Assembly: GCA_963924565.1 (NCBI GenBank)
Contig: OZ004612.1
Span: 14,012,001 to 14,076,000, forward strand
Source of the DNA: Ascidiella aspersa
Lineage: Eukaryota
Length of the DNA stretch: 64,000 nucleotides
Direction of reading: 5' to 3'
Both the position numbers and the translations under genes were made by a program. The notes beneath the pieces are model-generated. The model saw nothing but the letters and a program-made list of their open reading frames with translations. It had not been told where the DNA came from and made no database searches. Shown here piece after piece: positions 53,754 to 64,000 of the stretch (position 1 is its first letter; the number at the start of each line of letters is the position of its first letter).

Positions 53754-56632
53754 CACAGTAACTTAAACTATTCATTTTCCTTTTTTTCGTTCTCTATACC
53801 TTTACAAACAAGATTTTATCTCATATTTTGCGTATCTATTTAGTGTATTTAAAAGGTGGGTAAGCACACTCCGTTTTAGCACTGCATAACTACAACAGTT
53901 AGTCTAGTAGCCTACTGTAGTTGTTTAGCATTTTTGGCAGTCCAAGTTTATACCGACACGTAGATATATAGCTTTCTATAGACAACGATATTTCAAAATT
54001 TGCTTAACCAGTGCTCCGCAATTTTTTTTACTTGCGACTGACTTAAAGAGCCTAAAAAACACGTATCTTATGTCAACGGACAATAAACGCACAAAGAAAT
54101 ATACAGCGCAGTCGAGAATAAAAGGAACGCCTTATTCATGAATGCGCCGGGCACAATATTTTTTACGTAGGCTATAAACCTTTTATTTATCTTTTAGTAT
54201 TGTGATTTAACTGTGCTGTGCGTCTTCCTTTCGAAAGCGATTCAGAGTACATTAGGGACTTTTACATCCCATTTAGAAAAAAATAAATTCCGAACAGAAG
54301 CGATGTTGAATTTATACAATTCGAACCGAGGCGGTAAGCACAAAAATGAGAATATTTTTTAATGGTATTCATGAATTTCGAGCGTATGGATAGTCTCCCT
54401 TTTTTAGTACTGTTATGACGATTGACAATTATATTGTTGTTTAGTTTGGACCAAGAATGCGGAGTCGGTTAAAAATAACCCGAGTTCGACTCCCGCCAAA
54501 AAAGTAAACCCGAGTCCGACTTTCGAGCCCAAGTCCGACTCGGTCAAATGTGCGATTTTGTCCTGAGTCCTGCCCTAACTCTACAGCCTGTATTCCGTCA
54601 ATTTACGTAACTAAAATTGCGTGGATATTCAGCAATCCAATTATAGGTGTGTCGTACAATTTATTCAATCACAATGCATGGTTGGAAAATATTCCACCAT
54701 TCTACCTTTACAATTTCCAATTGGCGGCCATATCAGTTTTAAATTTTGGTACTGTGCATGCGCATGTCTTATTCGAGTCTCGAGTCCGATTCTAGCAAAA
54801 ACAAACTGAATTACCTTTAAAAGTTTTAACTTTAAATAATATTAATAAAGTTTTACCTCGATTATTGCATATAGTCAAAATCCCCGCATGTACATGTTTC
54901 GTGTTAATTTTACAGTTTACTAAAATGTACCTGTGTTAAACGTAAATAAAAAATCGCGGGAAACACCGCGCCACACCTGGCCTGGTTCGGCTGCCGAAGA
55001 ATTATTCTCTGCTAACATGATTAATTCTAGAAGAATTATACTGAAGAAACGATGAGACCTATCTCAATTTTTTACTGATTCTACAGCTATCCAATCCGTT
55101 AGCTCGAGGAATCATTCTGCACGGGCCTGCAGTCATGTCACTCGCATGGACTGCTCAGACACTAATTGTGTTTTGGTGTGCTTTGCCATGCCTGCCGCGG
55201 AAGCTTGGAAAGAAATAAGTTTGATCCCACGCAAATCTTTAACCCGCCCTCCGGCCTATTCTTCTTAAATCCGACATACAGCGAGGTATATTGCACCAAC
55301 TGAAACAACAAACAAAGATCCGGTTGCAAAAGTTAAACCTATGCAACCCCTTTTGCATGAAGGTATGCGTTAGGCTACCGCAGTATGCGAAGAGGTAGCA
55401 TTACTGTTGTTATATCTAGAACAATCTCCGCGTGGGTGTTTGCTGCTAGAAGCAGTATGAGTTGAGGCCTTAGGGAGTTTAAGCCTTTTTCGTTTTAGTT
55501 CTGACACATCAGGTTGTAAATCTTCGTAGAAATCGGTGCAACCACATTATAGATTTTGAAGCATTATAACTTCACATGCGTTGATTGGCGTTACAATTGT
55601 TTTATCTCCTTGTTTGAAGTGTTTTCAAACTTATGTTTTATTTTGCTACTTCGAAGAGTTTGTAAACAATCACGTTGTCGCTGTATATCTAGCTTTGTAA
55701 TTCGGCCAACAGCGCAAACCTGCTACCTATAGGCAGGGTCGGATTAAGGCGGGGCTGACGAGGTCGCATGCCCAGCAGGCTCACCAATATCAATTTGCTA
55801 GGACCAACTGAATTGATGTTACCAAAAAAATATGAAGATATAATTTAAATCTTCCGGACCAAAGGTGCCAGATGGGAACACACTATACAACCAATCATCC
55901 TTCTATCAAAGTTTAGTAAAGCACACAAATTTAAAGGCGAATCTCTACTTTTCAATTTTGCGAATTTATTCTAACTTTACCTGAAAGTACAATCGTCTTC
56001 AATAAAGTATTTTCGTTTCTGGCGGCATTAGACATCACTTCTAACTTTAAAATAAAAGCCGGATCCGTCGAATAACGAGTCAGACAATGACTATACAGCT
56101 TATATTCCACCTATTTAATTGACTTGTATAGGATGGTTGCACGGTGAACCGGTGATCTACTCAAAGAGGGCCATATAACTTATCCACTCACAATTCGTAT
56201 TGTTGAAAAATATTCCACTATTTATGCTATTCCATGTTTGCAATTTGCAGCCAATTTAATACTCCGTATGCGAACGTCGGACTCGGGAATAGGGTAGATA
56301 CGTATAGTCTCCCTTTAGTTTGACTTCAACTCCGGCAAAATACTCCGATTTTGCCGAGTCCCAAGTCTGTCTCCGACTGCCCAACCCTGAGGCGAGTGCT
56401 CATTGCAGACCTCCATAAGTAAACAATCAATTGCGTTTAAGTTAGTGTATACAATTGACAAAGGTAAACCAAGGGAGAGATTTGGTCAGTATAAGCGCAC
56501 ACCACAACTGTGACAGGATACTATTTTATATCTTCTGACCTATGTTGTATATTTTAAGCTTTCAACAAGCGACAATCCTAACCTATGGGAAGTCGCTTTG
56601 TTTTTGTGGTGAGATATGATAAGCTACTAAAC

Positions 56633-56762
56633 AGCTTGATAATAAATTGCAAAGCCAAAAAGGTCGAATAGATCGACAGCATCTTGATTAAGATGTTTTG
56701 ATACAAGCTTGTATCATCTTCAGTTAATGTGACCTTTTGGCTTTGCAATTTATTATCAAGCT
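56633..56762. repeat. 130-bp fold-back element with ~32-bp inverted arms and two internal palindromes
   Basis: AGCTTGATAATAAATTGCAAAGCCAAAA(A)GGTC...GACCTTTTGGCTTTGCAATTTATTATCAAGCT, enclosing CATCTTGATTAAGATG and TGATACAAGCTTGTATCA. Confidence 0.85.
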
Positions 56763-57787
56763 ACATTACAGATCCGTGCATATAGTGTACCCAACTAAAC
56801 AGCGACTCCATTTTTTAATTATTTACCACGGCAATATCAAGGGAGCCCATGCCCATCCCCACAAACTGTATTGCTTGGATGTTTTTACTACGTAAATGCA
56901 CTTTTTTATGCCTATATCGACACGAACTGCGAGAACACCTTTTCAGCCCAAGGGCGCTGTGCGTTCTCTATAATAATTAAAAAAAAATTAGGGAAATAAA
57001 GGCATTACATAATTTTTACGCTTGAAAAAAAATACCCAAAAATATAGGTGTTTAATGGCTCACAACTTGTTTGGCGTGTAATAAATATTGATATTCCAAC
57101 TAATATGGATTTTCCAACTAAGCGCGCATGAGTATGACCGAAAACAGCAGGTTTCCAATTGTTTGTAATGTGCTTGTTTTTATGGTCACGTTATGTCGTA
57201 AATTTGTGGGGTAGCCAAAAATTCTTGATTGGTATACAATAGCTAAAACGTGCAATATATTAGTCGGGTTTCGTTTCTCAGATGCCATTTTCGTTAAAAG
57301 CCAGTATTCTAACCTGACCGCAAAGTGAGATGTACTTAAGTACCTTGTTTAACAGGAAAGGAAATTAACAGGAAAGGAAAACTGTCAATGTTTTTGTAAT
57401 GCGACACTATAAACGTTTCGTTGTTGTCCACTGCTTTGGATATGTGCCAATCTCTAGACTAGAAACGTTTTCAAGTATACTTCGGTAGGTGTGCCGTCCA
57501 GTGTTTCTTACACTATCAGCGCGCCCAGGTGAAAAACTGTCCTGCAGAGCACCTAAGAGGAAAAACTTGTTTTTTAAGATATTTGATCCACTTTACTAAC
57601 TAAGTTGTGATGACATGTTCTGTTTCTTTTGCCTGAGTGGTTCTTTGTACGTTGTATGTCATTGTTACGTCCATCGTGTTTTAAGTTTGGTTTCCCAAGA
57701 GTGTTGCCATAACTAATGACGCTTTGGAAATATTGAAAATGTGTTTGCTTTGCGTCTAAGAGGATCTCTAAACTGTTACACGTTGGC

Positions 57788-59479
57788 CAGTAGTTCTCAA
57801 ACTTTTTGAGTGCGACCCAAATTTGAGTTTTATGAGCATATCACAACGCTAGCCTCAAACATCAAAAAATGTAATTTTTCTGATAGAAATGAAATAGAAA
57901 AAGACACAGACAACCATGTAGAAACAATGATGATTACACACAACTGTAATATGGCTTGTTGGGTAACTAAAGTCTTACACAGTCTTAGCAGCTACTGTAG
58001 TTGGCTATGGCTATACTGCAGCTGGCTGCCATCAAAACGTTCAGAAAAACACTTAATATGAAATAATCCAGGCTACAGAGTTGAAGCCACGTGAAAAGCT
58101 TATGATGCAATAATTCAGTCATGATTAAATTAAAAATATTTGAAAAAATGAGATAAAAAAGTTCGTTTGCGCAGGATTGAATCACCACAGAATGACCCAT
58201 TAGTTTACCCTGCGCGACCCATGTTTCGTCCATACTTTGAGACAGGGGCGCCCGCAGAAAATTTTCCAGCGGGGGCATTCAGGGATGTAACCAGAAAATC
58301 AAAAAGAGGGGTCCTGAATTTTCAACTTAGGGAATTCCCCTATTTTTCGTCTGACGTTAATGAATAATGACGTCATAAAATAGTGACAGTTTGACGTCAT
58401 AGAATGGTGATTGCATGACGTGATAAAGAACTATCAGAAACAGCCAAATACGTCCAGCAAAAACGACCACGTGCGTCGTCGACAATCCTGTCAGGCGCCA
58501 GCTGCGAAATCACGCTGTACAATCGTTAACTTCAGGCAAAAAAACAAACCAAGAACGTGAAATATGTGTGATTAATTGTGGTAGAATCACACATAATTCG
58601 ACTATCAGCAGCGCAGTTTTCAAGTTCCATGAACGGAACGAGCGCTAAATTACAAGCACGTCTTTCACCACCTGCAATACTAAACGAAGATCGTTTTTTC
58701 CGGGTGTTATTATGCCACGATTAGCGCAACATCTGCGCCGAGCTGTGTGCCAAGTCAGCTAAATTACAAGTTGCGGTTGAGGGAAAATAAGTTGTGTCCA
58801 TTGCACACTTAGCACGTGGTCTTAGAGTATGTTTAAAGAGCATAATTTTGCGTTAACCACCATTACTTAAAAATGGAGACTTTGAAACGCACACGACAGT
58901 CACCGTTATACCTTCTTTTAAGAATCTGCTTCAGTTAAACAAATGTCGATGTTACACCAACATCGGATATATTAGCGCAGAGACCGAAAAGCGAGGAACA
59001 TACTGCGTATAACTCGACGTTTTTTAGCGAGAAAAAAAGAAAGAAGGTTTGACTTAGCGTTGTCAATTGTCAAATACACACTTGCTAATCAGTCAACCTA
59101 AACAAATAACGAAAGAGAAAAACTTCCAGCGTTTACGGTAGACCAAACAAAATACGAAAAACGGCGTTTTGCACTCAATTTTGGTTTCGCATTAGATTAA
59201 ATTAAGACGCGTGACCCAATAACTTAAAAAGCAGGCCGCTTCGAACAGTTTGTTAAACCATGACAAAACGATAATATCTCTTACAAAAAGGGGGTAAGAA
59301 CTCCCGCCCCCTGGATACGCCACTGGGGGCAATGGATAATATATAATATTTTTAACCTTTATAAGTAATACATATTACACTTATAAATAATATTAATAAT
59401 CGCATTTTGAAATTCCAGGGGGGCAAGTGCCCCCCCCCCCTTGCCCCCCGTGCGGGCGCCCATGCTTTAAGAACCACTG
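57788..59479. mobile_element. Three-level nest of hAT-type MITEs (57788-59479 > 58243-59464 > 58280-59325)
   Basis: TSDs acgttggc/acgtaggc, ctttgaga/ctttaaga and ggggcatt/ggggcaat (each 7/8). TIRs CAGTAGTTCTCAAA/TTTAAGAACCACTG, CAGGGGCGCCCGCA/TGCGGGCGCCCATG, CAGGGATGTAACCAG/CTGGATACGCCACTG. Confidence 0.88.
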
Positions 59480-62400
59480 ACGTAGGCTGCATTTAACCTA
59501 ATGTAAAGATTTGATATTTGACAACATACCACCTTAAATAAATCGAGATATAAAAACCAAAAACCAAGATTGAACAAAATCAAGACATAAAAACGTTTTA
59601 GTAATAAGCCAACATCTTCCTAATTGCTAAAATAAAAATACTTTCCATTTTAATTCCCGGGATCTTAAACGTATTCTGTGTCGCGCCTTCTAACAAGTCA
59701 TTTTACAAAATTCGATATATTTTCATCACTTAAGCTCAATCCACTTATTTGCGTTGGAATTCTATTTTTGCATATATCGAAATTGAGTCAAGCAATACTA
59801 AAATGGCACATCGTGACATGAAGAAACCCAAAATAAATTCTCTGCTATATTGGTAGTTTATACACATCAATGCTTTTGTAAGTAAGGCATTATACTTTAG
59901 CTTTCGAGACATGGCACGGAAAAAGCGTAGGTGATGATTCAGAGAAAAATTAAAAAAAAACTTATGTTTTGACGTATAACGTAAAATAATGTTTTGACGA
60001 TTAAAGTAAAAATGGATCACTGTTAAAAATACAAAAAATTTCCAGAAATACGCCTAACATTTTGGATAATTGAAACAAAAACGAAATTCGATAGAACGTT
60101 AAGTTTCGATGGAAAGCGATAATTTACTTTAATTAATATATTTATAGCTATTTACAGACAGGAAAATCACGTTTAGAAACCTAAAAATGTGTCAATTTGT
60201 CCAAGTACTTTAGTTTGGTCCAAGAACGCTACCAGTGTGCGTACGTAGGTGGATGTTATGTTTTCTATAGGATTATCATAAGTCATAAAATAAGCTTTAT
60301 ACTGCTGGAAGAGCAACACTCTAGCTTTAGTTTTTGGTCAGTCAACATAGCCACTCATTACGCTGATATTCATTTGCTGCGATTGGTCTGTTTTTGCACA
60401 ATGTTTCTCAACATTTCAGCCAAGATAACTTAGATGAAATCCTATTTTAAGCTTTTTGCCAACCTCTTTTTCCTATGACTCGTAAATAAATATGTATTTT
60501 CCGCAAGAGTATACAAAGAAATATTAATTTTAGGCTACTGGATATTCCCGCCTTGATGTTATATTTGATTAACCTACATATTGATATGCTTGAGATTCTT
60601 GGGTATTTTAGGTTTTACATGTGCCTTGCTTTTTCACTATTTTAGTTTTAATATTACTTAAAGTTATGAAATGCGTTTTGTTAAACTAAATTTGCATAAA
60701 GGGGTTAATACCATGCAACCATCGATGCCGAACTTTTTTGGGGGCGTTATTTTCTAATCAGTGTTAAATTGCTTATTAATTGGAGTGAGATAATAGCCTT
60801 GACGCTGTTGCATATGTTATGACTAAAACAAACTATTTCCTTATCAAAAGATCCTCACGGCGCCATAAAGCTAAAAAGGTTTCCATCAAAATGGGCAAAA
60901 CGTAACATTAAATTGAAGGAAAAATTGCATTTCCATATAATTAAAAAACATTGTTTGGGGATTCTATGGCTTCGTACATATGGTAATTCGGGGATTCTAT
61001 GGCTTCGTACATATACTAAAAAGATTTTACGAAAGTTTTGAGCTGGTAAACGAAAAATATAGATTATTTATTCTTGCTGCGGCTCACAATGGAGAAGTTG
61101 AACAATGTTGTATGAGCTCAGCCCCCGTTCTACCCTTCAGTTTCTTAAGCTCTAAATACAACAAGAATTGGAATTTTTGTTAGTCGTAAACTGTCAGCGG
61201 CCTCGGGAGTATAAACCAAATGAAAAATAAATTTTGACACACGAGCGTGTTACTACACAAACGGGCAGAACTGGAATTCGTGATTTTGGCGGCTACGTCA
61301 TGACTATAAACAGTCTGGGAAACCACGCTTTAGCCGGCTCTGGCGGAACGTTTTATAAGAGGCGGAGGCGGCACACATTTACTCAAACTAGATACGACCA
61401 AGCTAGGGTTTTTAGACGGGACAGTTTTTACAGGACAGGTCGGAATTACAGAAGCAAAGGGTGACTTTTGTAATATCAATTGGCGGTTATGTTTTCAGTT
61501 GAATAGCTTTTAATCCAGGTATGTCAAGCAGTAGGCCTGTTGCTTTGCAAAATATGCCTTTACTTTATACGTGTATTTCAAAAACAACGCAATACCAAAA
61601 TTATCAACAGTTGCGGGTGAAAATTACACTATTTTTTAGGACAAAGATATTCTACCCTAATCAGGTTTGTTAAAAGTGGGTGACACGAGTCTTTGCCTGG
61701 TTGGGTAAATTGCTATTCAGCCTCTTGAGATAAGAAAAGCGCCGTCTGAACTTGACACGTGACGTAAGCCGGCAAAGGAGGAAGTTGAGCAACAGAAGCA
61801 GTTTGCCAATGCGAAACGATGGTGTTGCTTTACGAACGAAAAAAATTTGCACCCTGCGTGAGATATTCATTGATAACAAAACACCGAGTGTTAGCACAAA
61901 AAACAGTGTAGTGTTTTTTCATAGCTCAACCCAATATTCGATTCAACTTATATGTCATGAAAAAAGATCAATATTTCACCTTATACCAGGGCTTTTGGAA
62001 CTGGTTGCTTATCTTTCTACCCTTGCAGTCACCGACCGCTCTTGAATTAAAACTTTTCGCGATACACAAAACATTTTTAATGATGTCGTTTTTTTCACGC
62101 ATGTCGTTTTTTTCGTCGCCTTGGATGCCCCATTGGTAGGTGGGTAGCAGTGTTTACCCAGCCTTCACAACCAATTGTTTTACTTTTCAAAACTAGATTA
62201 AAAGTTAAACTAGAGGCTTTCAGTTTTTACATATTACGTTTAATTAATGCAATCAATTTGGATAAAATTGCAATTGTTTTTTTTTATAAAAAGGTGGATG
62301 ACAAATATTCACAAGTTGAGGTTTGCAGTTTTAATGCTGTAGAATTACGCGGCACGACTTGAAATTCTTTTTAAGTGCTAAACTATAGTACCCGGTGGAA

Positions 62401-63262
62401 CAAAGAAGCACTTCGAGATAATCGAGCATTAGATTAAACTAAAATTAGATCACAAAACCAATTTCTAAATAAGCTCAGAGCGAAAACTAGAAGCGTATAA
62501 CTTGATTTGGCCGAAAACAATTACAATATCTATTGTTTAAGTCTGTGTGCTGTGCCCTGTCGTGTGCGACCAGGCGAAAACTTTGAAATGTTCTTCGTTC
62601 AATACATTCATGTCTGGTCGTGCAAACGTGTCGTCTAATAGCTTTGGTAAATGTTTCACGGTTCAAGTAAAAAAATGATTCTGGCGCTAGGACAATGCGT
62701 TTTATATAGTAAAGCAGGTGGCTGTTTTTTGTTTTGTTATGAATTACCTTACAAGCCAATCGTACCCACAAGCAACCTATAGGCTAATATATGTCCATTT
62801 ACAACTGGCCTTTTTGAAACGGCTTGGCAGTCCAGCATAAAAAGTTTTTAGGAAGTGGTTTCTTCTAGTTGGTCCACCAAAAAGTTTGGTATTGTAGTAA
62901 TTTATCTTACTGTGGTTAGCAATCAATTTTAAACCGCCTGTGTCTTGCAATACCGGAAGTCGAATGGTTGAGGCTAAGCCTGGAATTGTAAAATTTGCAC
63001 CCAAACGCATGATTTTTCTGTAGGTCGTGTCTTCCCAGGTTTTATGCCTGCGAATAGTGGTGACCACAAACACTCATATCAACTTCGTGTTAATAGCGTA
63101 AAACTTAAAAAAAATGTTTGGCAGTTTAACGCCTGTTAACTATTACACTTTTTAAGATTAATTGTAAGCTCTAATAAGCGTAGTGCAATCAATGACATCA
63201 ACTGTCTTCAAACTGTAGGAAGAAAAAGGTGTTGTTTGAACTGCAGATTCCAAAGTTTACAA

Positions 63263-63901
63263 ATGAATCGCCAACAGAATATCGACCAAACGTTATACCC
63301 AGACCTAAACGAAGTTCAACATTTGGAAGGTGCAAACACAAAGGAGCAAAATGTGCCCAGCGAGGAGCAGAATCTTCAAGTGCAAACTACTGAGGAGTCA
63401 GTTTGCAAAGTAAACGGGAAAAGGGGACGCACTGTAGTAATACGACGCTGGTATGCCAGCTTTATTTTCTGCAATAAAGATCCCTGCTTTAATTCGGACG
63501 TTGAACCGACTGTGGTGGTTTTACAACAGGCGACAACGGGGCTGTATTGTGGCCCTAAGTCGTCCGGTAATAAGCTTTTTCTTTTGGAAAACCAGCAAGA
63601 ATGGGATTTCTACCCTCTCGAAAACGGTTCGGATGAAGGGCTTTTAATGTTAAAAGACGGAACCAATCGTTATATGCGCGCCTATCCAAGGTTGTCAAGA
63701 GTCCTTCTCCAATCGTACGACGACCAGCAAGCGGCAAAGTACACATTCAAGAAAACGGTTCTTCCTCAGAGAAGCGAGGAGACAGTAATCGTGCACCCTT
63801 CCAGCGGAAAATATCTCAAGGAATTTGTTACGCGTCAAAATGAAAACAGAATTACCTTGAGTGATGAAGACAGTGCGGCCATCGGCTGGCAATCATTTTA
63901 G
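63263..63901 (+). CDS. Leaderless protein (212 aa): Q/E-rich N-terminus plus beta-trefoil-like domain
   Basis: First ATG at 63263, preceded by an AG acceptor at 63245-63246, so an upstream exon is possible. Three internal units: VVLQQATTGLYCGP...LFL...EWDF; LLMLKDGTNRYMRA...VLL...YTF; VIVHPSSGKYLKE...ITL...AIGW. Confidence 0.82.
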   Translation: MNRQQNIDQTLYPDLNEVQHLEGANTKEQNVPSEEQNLQVQTTEESVCKVNGKRGRTVVIRRWYASFIFCNKDPCFNSDVEPTVVVLQQATTGLYCGPKSSGNKLFLLENQQEWDFYPLENGSDEGLLMLKDGTNRYMRAYPRLSRVLLQSYDDQQAAKYTFKKTVLPQRSEETVIVHPSSGKYLKEFVTRQNENRITLSDEDSAAIGWQSF

Positions 63902-64000
63902 GATTATCGATTTAGCCTAGAAGAGATGTATATATACTAACATTATATAAATTGTTCTAAGAAATTATGTAACTTAGTTAAAAACACCTGTGGAGATATT

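Noticed and set aside
60957-61013. 24-bp direct repeat GGGGATTCTATGGCTTCGTACATA
   Set aside because: Only two copies; looks like a local duplication with no further structure.

Overview
AT-rich animal genomic DNA with short GT-AG introns and dense MITE insertions. The compact style and the intron-containing selenodeiodinases suggest an invertebrate chordate such as an ascidian (inference only). Genes reconstructed by hand: (1) an unrecognised multi-exon minus-strand gene at about 730-10350; (2) a complete 9-exon DIMT1 (22786-27950, -); (3) two tandem 3-exon iodothyronine deiodinase selenoprotein genes (30843-32731 and 34083-35920, -), each with an in-frame UGA and its own SECIS, one with a non-canonical UUGA core; (4) an intronless acidic protein with about 24 tandem 13-aa repeats (38684-40534, -); (5) four genes for leaderless proteins with an N-terminal extension and a C-terminal beta-trefoil-like domain with IL-1-like sequence patterns (19807-20877, 43008-44397, 49064-50264, 63263-63901). 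Item 5 is the best candidate for an undescribed system. Intergenic DNA holds many hAT/Buster MITEs with 8-bp TSDs, several nested, plus transposase relics and two independent tRNA-derived SINE insertions that both carry a 5' inverted duplication starting at the same base. No database searches were run; all product calls rest on motif recognition.
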